The position numbers were made by a program, and so were the translations under genes. A stretch of 64,000 bases of DNA. Origin: Armatimonadota bacterium. GTDB lineage: Bacteria; Armatimonadota; UBA10988. Shown in pieces: positions 36,116 to 45,900 of the stretch; position 1 is the first letter of the stretch; each line of letters starts with the position of its first letter. The stretch covers positions 1 through 64,000 of the forward strand of contig JACRKZ010000017.1 in NCBI GenBank assembly GCA_016235455.1. Direction: 5' to 3'. Below the pieces are notes generated by a model. It searched no databases, had not been told where the DNA came from, and was given only the letters and a program-made list of their open reading frames with translations.

Positions 36116-36802
36116 CTACCCCCGCTCGCGCAGCAACCTCTCCACATCCCACGCCGGCACCCACCCCAGCAGCCGCTCCGCCTTGCGGATGTCGAAGAAC
36201 GACCCGCGCGGCCGCTCGGCGAAGTAGTGCTGGTCCACGCGCACGGCGTCGCCCCAGTTGCGCTCGATCAGGTCCAGCGTGTCGACCGTGCCGTAATGCT
36301 CGCGCGCGGTGAGGTAGAAGGTCTCGCTGCCGCCCTCGCCGGGGTCGAAGTCGAGCGCGGCCAGCACCGCCGAGGCCACGTCCTCCACATCGATCCAGGC
36401 GTAGAGCGTGCCCAACGCATCACGCACCGGCGCGCCGCGCAGACTGCCCAGGAAGCCTTCGTACAGCGCCTCGAACGTGACGAAGGCGTAGCGCAGGCAG
36501 ACCGTGCGCAGGCCGTGCTCGCGGCTGAAGCCCTGGCAGAGCTGGTCGCCGAAGGCTTTGGTGAAGCTGTAGACCTCCGTCGGCAGGCTGCGGTGCTGCT
36601 CGTCGATGGGCAGGTAGTCGGGCTGGTACCACTTGTCGTGGATGCCCCAGCCGCTGGCCGACTCGCTGCTGCCAAAGATCCGACCCGGCCAGCCCAAGGG
36701 ATGCGGCACGGTATCCACCACCACCACCTCGTGTTCGGGCTCCAGCCAGGCCAGCACGCGCCGGCCGATGTTGCCCCAACCACCCGTGAGCAGCACTTTC
36801 AT
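36116..36802 (-). pseudogene. NAD-dependent epimerase/dehydratase with probable in-frame internal deletion
   Basis: TGGWGNIG followed after only about 30 aa by FGSSES and YSFTK; central HLA / NxxGT segment absent. Confidence 0.6.
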
Positions 36803-36943
36803 GATCCGTCTCCCTTGCGCGCACGAGCTATTGGGCGGCACGGAACCGGTTCCTCCCCACGACCGCCATAGGCACGCGCCCACGAATGCCGTACCATAGG
36901 GCCAGCGGCGAGCCAGCGAAACCCCGCCGCCATGGAACCACCT

Positions 36944-37843
36944 ATGCGAACATCCTTCACGACCCAGGACTCCCTTTCACGACGCCAGTTGATCGCCGGC
37001 GGCACCGCGGCTGTGGCGGCCGCACTGGTCCTGCCGCGGCTGGCGGGCGCCGCGGAGGCCAAGCCGAATTCGGTCTTCGACGGCGTGCGCATCGGCGCCA
37101 CCACCTACAGCTACCGCGGGTATGCCACCAGCGCCGAGGACACCCTCAAGGCGTTGCTGGGCAGCGGCCTGAGCGAATGTGAGCTGAAGGCCGAGCCGAT
37201 CCAGGCGTTCACCGGCATCGGCGCGAAGAACCCCACCGACGCCCAGCGCGAGGAGCAACTGGCCAAGTGCCGCGAACTGCGCCGGATGTACAACGACGCA
37301 GGCGTCACCATCCACCTGCACAAGCTGGGCTTCGGCTCGAGCGATGAGCAGATCGAGTTCAGCTTCATGGTCGCCGAGGCGCTGGGCTGCGTGGGCATCA
37401 CCATGGAGCGCAACGACGCCGCGGCCAAGAAGCTGGCCCCGTTCGCCGCCAAGCACAAGATCTGGGTGGGCATGCACAACCACACCGGCAACTGCCCGGC
37501 CCTGGACAAGCCCGACCCGATCCTCGAGGCCGGCGAGTACATCGGCTTCAACTTCGACGTGGGCCATTATGTCGCGGGCACCAAGGGCCTGTCGCCGGTC
37601 CCGGTCATCGAGAAGTACCACGACCGCATGGTCAGCCTGCACATCAAGGACCGCACCGGCGACGGCAAGAACCTGGCCTTCGGCCAGGGCACCACGCCGC
37701 TCAAGGAGATCCTACAGCTCATCCGCCGGGAGAAGTGGGCCTTCCCCTGCGACATCGAGCTGGAGTATGCCGTGCCCAAGGACTCCGACCCGGTCAAGGA
37801 AGTGGCCCGGAGCGTGCAGTACTGCAAGGCCGCGCTGGCCTGA
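36944..37843 (+). CDS. Tat-exported sugar phosphate isomerase/epimerase
   Basis: SRRQLI, GMHNH, NFDVGH, LHIKD, IELEY. Confidence 0.88.
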   Translation: MRTSFTTQDSLSRRQLIAGGTAAVAAALVLPRLAGAAEAKPNSVFDGVRIGATTYSYRGYATSAEDTLKALLGSGLSECELKAEPIQAFTGIGAKNPTDAQREEQLAKCRELRRMYNDAGVTIHLHKLGFGSSDEQIEFSFMVAEALGCVGITMERNDAAAKKLAPFAAKHKIWVGMHNHTGNCPALDKPDPILEAGEYIGFNFDVGHYVAGTKGLSPVPVIEKYHDRMVSLHIKDRTGDGKNLAFGQGTTPLKEILQLIRREKWAFPCDIELEYAVPKDSDPVKEVARSVQYCKAALA

Positions 37844-37917
37844 GTTGCGCCGATGAACGCACGCGGCCCTGGGCACTGAGGTGGCCGGGCCGCGTTGCTG
37901 TTTCTGGCGCCCGCCGC

Positions 37918-39057
37918 CTACTTCATCTGCCAGTGCAGGAACGGCTGGTCATAGCCCGGCTTCACGTCCGGCATGGGCGTGGCATTGGCCACCCACAGCT
38001 CCAGGCTCGTCACGTCGAAGTGCACCGCGTGCAGGTTGCCTGTGCGGAGGCCCTTCATCACGTCTTCCATGCCCACCTTCGGGCTGATCTGCCCCTGCTT
38101 GGCCGAGAGGACGTCGTAGACCTTCTGGTTCCACTTGCTGTCGGTGCCCATGCTCCAGAAGACGGTGTTGGGCAGGCTCAGTTCGCCGTGGTCGGCCGGG
38201 CCGTAGACCTCGCAAAAGTCCTTGCTCGTGCGCAGGGCTTGCGCGGCAGGCGCCTGGGCGGCGGCTGCCTTGGCGTCGCCGATCAGGTAGAGGTACGAGC
38301 TGGTGCGGTGCGCCGCCTTGAAGATGTCCACCGCACTCGTCAGGTCGCCGGCGTCTTCCAGCACGCGGCGCATGAGAAACGGCATGGGTTCACCGGCCAG
38401 CGTCTCGTGATCCTCGCCGAAGCTGTCGCCGATCTCGCTGAGCGCGAGGTGCTGGTCGCTCATGCCGGTGACCACGCCGGCGAAGCCCAGCCAGCCGACG
38501 TTGACGAAGCGGTGGCGGCCCGTCGGCTCGTAGACGATGAGCGCCGCGTAGTCCTGCAGGCCGGCCAGCGTGGCGTAGTCAAGGGCGCGGATCTGGTGCA
38601 GGTGGCCGTCGGCCGTGGCCTTGCCCCAGGCGGCGAAGAAGGTGCAGTGGTACTCGCTCAGATCGGGCACCGCCGCGCCGCGATGCACATCGCGAACGTC
38701 CACGCCGGCACCGTCGGCCAGCCCCTTCATCTCCTCCATGTAGCGGGGCGCCACGAACGGCTCCATCTGCGCCCAGGCCTCATCCACCTTGGCCGGGCCG
38801 CCCAGGATCACAGTGGCCAGGGCGTTCAGCTTGGCATAGAGCTTGCGCACACGCTCGGCGCAGAGCTTGCCGTGGGCGTAACCCATCTCATACGGTGTGC
38901 CCCACACGCGCAGCACCGGCAGCGCGCCAGCGCCCTCGCCCAGGGTGGTGAGCTGGCCATGGACCGGCGGCTCCTCGGCGCGCGCCGGACGAGGCGCGAC
39001 GATAGAGAGCAGGGCCACCACGGCCACGAGGCAACGGACGGACTTCCACCTGGGCAT
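37918..39057 (-). CDS. C45-family autoproteolytic acyltransferase/hydrolase, secreted
   Basis: GTPYEMGYAHG, EMKGLADG, HCTFFAAWGKATADG...RALDY. Confidence 0.88.
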   Translation of the reverse strand: MPRWKSVRCLVAVVALLSIVAPRPARAEEPPVHGQLTTLGEGAGALPVLRVWGTPYEMGYAHGKLCAERVRKLYAKLNALATVILGGPAKVDEAWAQMEPFVAPRYMEEMKGLADGAGVDVRDVHRGAAVPDLSEYHCTFFAAWGKATADGHLHQIRALDYATLAGLQDYAALIVYEPTGRHRFVNVGWLGFAGVVTGMSDQHLALSEIGDSFGEDHETLAGEPMPFLMRRVLEDAGDLTSAVDIFKAAHRTSSYLYLIGDAKAAAAQAPAAQALRTSKDFCEVYGPADHGELSLPNTVFWSMGTDSKWNQKVYDVLSAKQGQISPKVGMEDVMKGLRTGNLHAVHFDVTSLELWVANATPMPDVKPGYDQPFLHWQMK

Positions 39058-39251
39058 GGCGTTCTCCGGTACAGCGCGATGGCGGCCAGTTCACCGGACC
39101 GTGTGCCGCTCCTCCTGACCAGCGACCGCGGCGGCTCGCCACGTAACCGCGATGACACGCTGGGCGCCGCGGCATTGCTGCGGACGCAGGGCCGCACGCC
39201 GATAACCACGATGTCGCCGCACCCGGCGCGCGACGCAATGGAGGCGTGCAG

Positions 39252-39941
39252 ATGCGACGTCGCGGCTTCACCCTGATCGAGTTGCTGGTGGTGATCGCCA
39301 TCATCGCCATCCTGGCGGCGATCCTCTTTCCGGTCTTCAGCAAGGCTCGAGAGAAAGCGCGGCAGTCGAGTTGCGCCTCCAACCTGAAGCAGATCGGCGT
39401 GGCCTCGCTGCAGTACAGCCAGGACTACGACGAGATGTTTGTGCCCACCTACACCTATCCGCTGCCGGTGATCCCCACCAGCTACTTCAACTTCGTGATG
39501 TGGTCCGACCTGGTGCAGCCGTACCTGAAGAGCAGCCAGGTCATCCTCTGCCCGAGTGACACCGGGACGCCGACGGTGCCCGGCCTGGCCAGCTACGGCT
39601 TCAACTGCTGTGGCGGCACGGGCTGGAACGGCTCGTGTGCCGGCATGACGGGCACGGGCCCGCACTATGTGATGCAGACGCGCTCGCTGGCCGCCTGCGT
39701 AGCGCCGGCACAGACCATCTCCGCCGTGGAGTGCAGCCGCTGGTGGAACATCGCCACAGTCAGCCCGTGGATGGACAGCGGCATCTACGGCATCCATCGG
39801 CACAACGGCATGCAGAATGTCCTCTACTGCGATGGGCACGTCAGAGCCAGCGGCCCAGGCGGCACCAACCCTACCCAGTACACCGTGGAACAGGCGCCAG
39901 CGCCCGCGGGCTGGGCCGCACCGGCAGGCAGTGGCTGGTAG
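39252..39941 (+). CDS. Prepilin-type N-methylation / DUF1559 protein with H-X9-DG motif
   Basis: [45 protein letters not shown]. Confidence 0.95.
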   Translation: MRRRGFTLIELLVVIAIIAILAAILFPVFSKAREKARQSSCASNLKQIGVASLQYSQDYDEMFVPTYTYPLPVIPTSYFNFVMWSDLVQPYLKSSQVILCPSDTGTPTVPGLASYGFNCCGGTGWNGSCAGMTGTGPHYVMQTRSLAACVAPAQTISAVECSRWWNIATVSPWMDSGIYGIHRHNGMQNVLYCDGHVRASGPGGTNPTQYTVEQAPAPAGWAAPAGSGW

Positions 39942-40024
39942 GCGCCCGCCGGCGCTCGCTCGTCGCTTGCCGACCACGCCAACACCGGGCACAATAGGCC
40001 ACCAGCCCGGCCGTCGACACACCG

Positions 40025-41419
40025 ATGGCCGAGCGAGAGGAACGGCGAGTGGGCGGTACCAAGGCCAGACTCATCCAGATTTCGGGAGCCTCCACGGCCA
40101 AGCCGCGGGGCCATGTCGTCTTCGTCCACGGGCTCTGCGGCAGCAGCCACTCGTGGTGGTCGGCACGCGGCTCGGAGCTGCACGAGTCGTGGCCCGGCTG
40201 GTTGTCCACCGACATCGCCGACCTGGGCGTGTGGGTAGCCGACTACCCCGCCTCGCCGCTGTGGTGGGTGCGCGCGCCGGGCATCCGCCTGGAGCACCGC
40301 GCGGCGACCATTCTGCAACTGGTGGCCGCCAGGGACCTGGGCTCGGCGCCGCTGGTGTTCATCTGCCATAGTCTGGGCGGGCTGGTGGTCAAGAAGGCCA
40401 TGCAACTGGCCACGACCTCGACCAACCCCGCCGCGGGCGCCATCGCCGCAGCCACCCGCGGGGTGGTGTTCCTGGGCACGCCGCACCTGGGCTCCGACTG
40501 GGCCGAGCTGACCAAGAGCCAGATGGGCCGGCTGGTTGGCAGCGACGCGGTGGTCGACCTGCGCACCGACAACGAGGAACTGGCCAAGCTGCACGCCTGG
40601 TACTCCGAGTTTTCCGGCTCGCGCGGCATCCGCCACCTGGTGGCCTATGAGGTCAAGCCGATCAAGCTGCTCTGGCAGCAATTGCCGCTTATCTGCCCCA
40701 CGGACACCTCCGCGCCCAACCTGCCGGCGGCCACCTACCTGCCGGTGGAAGCCGACCACGTCAATCTCTCCAAGCCCGCGCGCTTCGACCCGTGCACCAC
40801 CGCCGTCTCGGCCTTTGTCGACGACTGCATCATGCGGCCGGCGGCGCCCAGCGGCGAGCATCAGTACCTCGAGATCATCAACCAATGGGCTACGAGCGCC
40901 GGTCTGGACGACTGGGACCAACGCGCCTCGCAGACCCTGCGCGCCTGCCAGCCGATGATGACACCGAGCCTGCGCGACACCTGGCGTGAGCTGCTGGCGT
41001 ACCTGGCGGCCATCGAGTGGCCTGGCGGCTGTCCTGCTTTAGAAGAGGCAATGTCCAACTTTGCCGCGGTGCTTACCGATCTCCTGGCCGAGTTCGACCA
41101 GCATGCGACCGCGGTCACGCGGGGTGAGGCCGAGATGCTGCTCATCCCGCGTTGGTACGACACGGAGCCCTTCGCGCTGGAGACTCTTCGGGCCTGGGAG
41201 GAGAGCACACGGCTGATCAACGACCTGACCTTGGAGCTGACGCGCGCGGCCAACCTGGTCTGCGACGTGGTGCGCCGGGGCCTGGACTGGTCGTTCCGCG
41301 CGGGCGAGCCGCCGCTGTCGGTCAGCGAGTTGGACTGGCGCTATGCCGCTCGCTATCGCGAGGGCGAGTGCTATCCAGGGCTGGCGCGGTTCCGAGTGGA
41401 GCGGCTGGGCCGCGCGTGA
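40025..41419 (+). CDS. Alpha/beta-hydrolase (SERAC1/DUF676-like) fused to an uncharacterised helical domain
   Basis: VVFVHGL, CHSLGGLVVK, GTPHLGS, ADHVNLSKP; about 190-aa helical C-terminus; no signal peptide. Confidence 0.8.
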   Translation: MAEREERRVGGTKARLIQISGASTAKPRGHVVFVHGLCGSSHSWWSARGSELHESWPGWLSTDIADLGVWVADYPASPLWWVRAPGIRLEHRAATILQLVAARDLGSAPLVFICHSLGGLVVKKAMQLATTSTNPAAGAIAAATRGVVFLGTPHLGSDWAELTKSQMGRLVGSDAVVDLRTDNEELAKLHAWYSEFSGSRGIRHLVAYEVKPIKLLWQQLPLICPTDTSAPNLPAATYLPVEADHVNLSKPARFDPCTTAVSAFVDDCIMRPAAPSGEHQYLEIINQWATSAGLDDWDQRASQTLRACQPMMTPSLRDTWRELLAYLAAIEWPGGCPALEEAMSNFAAVLTDLLAEFDQHATAVTRGEAEMLLIPRWYDTEPFALETLRAWEESTRLINDLTLELTRAANLVCDVVRRGLDWSFRAGEPPLSVSELDWRYAARYREGECYPGLARFRVERLGRA

Positions 41420-41439
41420 GGGCCCATCTGGGGCGTTCG

Positions 41440-41995
41440 CTACCTGGCCAGCAGCGTCGCCAGCGCCGTGTTCGCCACGGTCAGGCCGAACACCCATGGT
41501 CGCGCTGCCGAGGGTGCCCACGCGGATCTGCGTCGGGTCGGTGCGTAGCGCGGCGCCCATGGAACTGACCAAAGGAAGGCCGCGCCGACGGGCTTCCGAC
41601 AGCAACTCGACCTTGGCCGCGAAGCTGTCAATGCAGTCACAGACCAGGTCAGGCGAGCCGTCGAGGAGACCTGGCAGCGTGCTGGCGTCGCAGTACTGGG
41701 TCACGGGCTCCACGCGGCATTCGGAGTCGATGGCCAATACGCGTTCGGCGGCTAACATCGCTTTAGGAGCGCCGAGCGTGGCTTCGAGCGCGTAGAGCTG
41801 GCGGTTGAGGTTGCTGGCATGGACGGTGTCATGGTCGACCAGCCGCAGACGACCGACGCCGGCCCGTGCCAGGGCCTCCACGCAGTAACTACCCACCGCG
41901 CCCAGCCCGACCACCACCACAAACGACCCGCGCAGCCGCGCAATACCTTCAGCCCCGACCATCAACTCCATTCGCGCGAACCGCTCCGGCACCAT
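41440..41995 (-). pseudogene. tcdA: tRNA threonylcarbamoyladenosine dehydratase (ThiF family), disrupted
   Basis: GLGAVGS, SNLNRQ, DCIDSFAAK, SSMGAALRTDPTQIRV; C-terminal VFGLTVANTALATLLAR* lies in another frame after about 41495. Confidence 0.75.
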
Positions 41996-42020
41996 GCCCT
42001 CACTCCTCGGCCAGCAGCTC

Positions 42021-42094
42021 ATCAGCAAATGACGCAGAAGACGCAGATGGAACGACGCACTGGTCCATCTGCGTTATCTGCGCCATCTGCGGAT
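42021..42094. repeat. 9-mer-unit palindromic element, copy C
   Basis: ATCAGCAAATGACGCAGAAGACGCAGATGGA ... TCCATCTGCGTTATCTGCGCCATCTGCGGAT. Confidence 0.85.
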
Positions 42095-42104
42095 GGTGGT
42101 TCAG

Positions 42105-42860
42105 TCAATCCAGCAGAGCTCCCAGCAAGCCGCAAGCATTGTGCCACAGGCGGGCGCGTAGCGACTCGGGGTCTTCGCCCAGGATGTCCGCGATGCCGGC
42201 CACCACTGCAGGCAGGTGCTCGGGCCGGCTTTCGGCCTGACCGGGCAGGGGCAGGGCTGGGGCGTCGGTTTCCACCAGCAGCCTATCTGGCGGCACGGCT
42301 TGGATGGCTGAGCGCGCCTTGTCCCGGCCGGGATGCAGCACGCTGCCGGCGAAGCTGAACCAGGCGCCGCGCCTGGCCAACACCGGCACCAAGTCGGCCG
42401 AGCCGGCGTAGGCGTGGAGCAGGAAGCGGTCGGGCGCGTGTTCCGCTAGCAGCTCGACCAGACGACCCCAAGCGCGTACGCAGTGGACCATGGCCGGGCG
42501 GTCCAGATCGCGAGCCAGGCGCAGTTGGACGATGAAGGCGGCCTCCTGCTGCGCGTAGTCGATGCCGCGCGCGGCGCGGTCGAGGCCGATCTCGCCGAGC
42601 CCGCTGGGCACGGCGGCCAGGTGCTCGGCCAACTCACCCCGCCAGTCGCCGTACTGTGCGACCATCCAGGGATGCAGGCCAAAGCACGGGATGACGGCCT
42701 CGTCGGCGGCGAGAGCACGCACCAGCGGCCAGTCGGCCGGGCGGGTACCGCAGACCACGAGACGTCGCACGCCGGCGGTCTTGGCGCGGGCCAGGGCGGT
42801 CCAGCCATCGCCAGGGGCGATGTCGGGCAAGTGGACATGCGCGTCGATGTAGCCGTCCAT
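42105..42860 (-). CDS. tatD: TatD-family hydrolase
   Basis: IDAHVH, GLHPW, GEIGLD, VHCVRAW, LHAY, LVETDAP. Confidence 0.92.
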   Translation of the reverse strand: MDGYIDAHVHLPDIAPGDGWTALARAKTAGVRRLVVCGTRPADWPLVRALAADEAVIPCFGLHPWMVAQYGDWRGELAEHLAAVPSGLGEIGLDRAARGIDYAQQEAAFIVQLRLARDLDRPAMVHCVRAWGRLVELLAEHAPDRFLLHAYAGSADLVPVLARRGAWFSFAGSVLHPGRDKARSAIQAVPPDRLLVETDAPALPLPGQAESRPEHLPAVVAGIADILGEDPESLRARLWHNACGLLGALLD

Positions 42861-42881
42861 CGGGGCTGCCTTGGAGGCGAC

Positions 42882-42961
42882 GGAGCAACGGGGACAGGCT
42901 CGATCGACGACCGTCGGCGTGACCGCCGCCGGTCCGTGAACGACCCAGTCCCCGTTGCTCC
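42882..42961. repeat. Inverted-repeat element
   Basis: GGAGCAACGGGGAC ... GTCCCCGTTGCTCC perfect 14-bp arms. Confidence 0.8.
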
Positions 42962-42969
42962 TCCTGATC

Positions 42970-45900
42970 CTATGCCAACTCGATCTTCAGTTCGCCGCCG
43001 GCGGGCACGGTCACGTCGCGGCCGAGGGTGAGCAGCAGGCGGGTGCCCTCCTGGCTGACCGTGGCCGGCACAGCCTGGTTGGCCAGCGTGACCTTGGCGG
43101 CCTTGGGTGTACCTTGGGCTTCGAACGACATGGTGCGCAAGCGGACCTGGCCCCACTTGACGCTGACGCTCGCGGCCAGTGTGCCGGCGGCGCGGGTCTG
43201 GCGGTAGGTGCCCCAGCCTTCGGCCGCGGTGAAGGCGGCCTGGAACTGCTCGGGGCTGACCCGTGGCGCGAAGCCCAGATGGCCCTTGGGCCCGTGGTAC
43301 TCATACCCGCAGACCGCGAGGAACACGCCGTAGCTGGCCATGGACCGCGCGTAGTGGTCGCCGCACTCCACTTCGTTGTACGGGTTGCGTTTGGCCGCGC
43401 CGTAGCGGTCGTGCAGGGCGCGGGTCACGGCCAGGCCCTCGGTGACCAGGCCTTCCCAGATCATGTGGCCCGCCGCCTGGTACTCGAAGCCGTTCATGCA
43501 CTCGTTGAAGTACATGCTGGCCCAGACCGGCGGCTTGCCCAGCGCCTCGTCCTCGCCGCCTTTGGGGAACGTACACATGAGCAGGCCGCCCTCGCCGGGC
43601 ATGGCGTACATGCGGCCGGTGGTGTGGACCTTGCGGTACGGGCCGACGTCGACCGCGAAGTTGTACTTGTACAGGCTGGCCAGCGCCGAGCGGACCTTGG
43701 CCGGGTCGATGAACCCGCCGAGCCCGACCATACGCGTCCAGTGCTGGCCGAAGACCTGGTCGATCTCGCAGCCCTGGCCGGAGCCCAGCGCCTCGGGCTT
43801 GGTCGGATCCTTGAGGTGGACGAAGTACTCGCCGTTGTACAACCGCTCCTCAAGCAGCTTGACGCCGCTGGCTACGAGGGTGTCGTAACGCGTGGCCGCG
43901 TCGGGCTCGCCCATCTCGCGGGCCATGGCCGCGCCGGCCCGGAGCGCCGCCAGATAGAGCGTGTTGAACCAGGCGTGCGGGCCGAACCAGTCGGTGTCGA
44001 GCGTGTTGTGCTCGCCCTTCTCGATGTAGCCGTCGTTGTTGCCGTCCTCGCCGATGGCCCAGTCGAGCGCGCGCTTGACCCGCGGCCAGAGCCGTTCGAG
44101 GAAGGCGTCGTCGGCCGACATCTGGTGCTCGCGGTAGGCGCGCAGGATGGTACCGCAGTGGCCGTCGATGGCGGCGCGGCCGTTCCATTCGCCGCGCATG
44201 CCGATCTGGCCGTCGGCGCCCAGACCGGGCCCGAAGTCCTGCTGCTCGCGCATGATGCGCTCGACCTCGGGGAAGAGTCGCGCGGCGGCCTGGGCGTAGT
44301 GCCAGACGTGCGTGCAGGTGCCCACGCAGCAGCCGACGCCCTCCCAGCCCCAGATGCGGCCGTTGTCCCAGCGCTGGGTGGTGCTGGTGGCTAGGATGCT
44401 GGCGTTGGCCAGCGTGCGGTCGAGCAGCCAGTAGGGCAGCGTCGAGTCATACCAGGTGTCGCACCACAGGCGCGTCTGGCGGCGCAGCTCGGCGTGGCTG
44501 CGAGCCAGCTCGGTGGCCACGGCGCGCGCGTCGGCGAAGCGCGCGGCATACTGCCGGCCGCGGCGCTGGTCGTCAAGATACAGGTTGCCAAAGTGCCAGC
44601 AGACGGCGAAGACCACCTCGGCCGAGGCACCGGGCGCCAAGGTCAGCCGGCGGCTCAGAGCGCCCCGGAGGCGGCGCCCGAACGGCCGGCTCTGCGGCCC
44701 TTCGCCCGCGCCGGCCACGGCGAACAAGCCGGACGGGATGGCGCCCGCCGGCAGCGCGGACACGCCGCGGTCGGTGGGCTTGGCGTCGAGCAGGGCCAGG
44801 CCCATGGTGCCCCAGTCAGGCTCCTGCGTGGCGTCGGTGCGGGCTCGCCGTGGCCGGTCGGCGAATTCGATCTGGTCGATGTCGATGTGGCCCCAGCCGC
44901 CGCTGTGGCGGTCGACGATCTGGATGGTGGCGGTCTTGCCCTCGAACTCAGCCACGTTCCACGAGGCCCAGGCCATGGCGTCGGTGTTCTTGCCCGTCGC
45001 CGTGCGCACCACCTTGCCGTCGATCAGCAGGTTGATGCATGTCTCGCCGGGATGGTCGCCGCCGCCGATGAGGAAGTTGATGCAGCGGCGGCTGATGGTG
45101 AACGTCGGCGAGGTCAGGCTGCCCTGGGGCTGGTCGCTGTCGGGATAGGTGTTGACCAGGCCCTTGCCCTCGAAGCCGGCCAGGCGCTGGTCGTGGCCGG
45201 CCTTGCGCGACGGCGCGGTGCCCACGGCGGCGCCCTCGGCCTTCCACTCACCGTAGGTCTCGCCCTCGAAGTCGGCGAAGGTGACCGCGGCGCGGCCGCC
45301 GCTGCCCTCGGCCGGCACACTGCCGGCGCAGTCGAGCCACAGCAGCCCACCGGCGCGCTGGATGCGGTTGGTCCGCGTCAGGCTCCAGTCGGCACCGGTG
45401 CGCAGGCCGACCGCGTTCTCCAGCCAGCCGGCCAGTTCCACGTCGACCGGGGCGTTGCTGGTGTTGGTCAGTGTGTAGGCCAGCAACGTGGCGGGGAATG
45501 ACGAGCTGGCCAGATCGCCGGGAATGAACGGCGAGCCCGCTTCGAGCTTGACCTTCACCGGGCAGGCCGGGTCGCTGTACTCGATGGTGGCCAGCGGGTA
45601 TTCGCCGGTGAAGCGCACCTCGGCGAAGCCGTCACGGTCGAGCCCGCGCATGTCGGTCTGGCCGCCGCTGGTGACGGCCAACGCGAAGCCCTGGTCGAGT
45701 GGCGAACTGGGCTTGGGCGGGTTGGCGTAATGCCCGTCGCCGGTGCCGGCGGTCAGGTTCATCACATCCCAGTGCCACAACCGACCATCGCCGCCCAGGT
45801 ACATCTGGCCGGTGGTCAGGCCGCCGCAGGGCATGCCGACCAGTTCGAGCTCAGTGCCCGACAGCACGGTGCGTCTGCCGCGGGTGGTCAGCGAGGCCAG

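Noticed and set aside
41039-42028. 329-aa ThiF ORF as a real fusion or programmed frameshift
   Set aside because: The extension is antisense to the hydrolase gene, no slippery site is visible and a conserved block is missing; a deletion explains it better.
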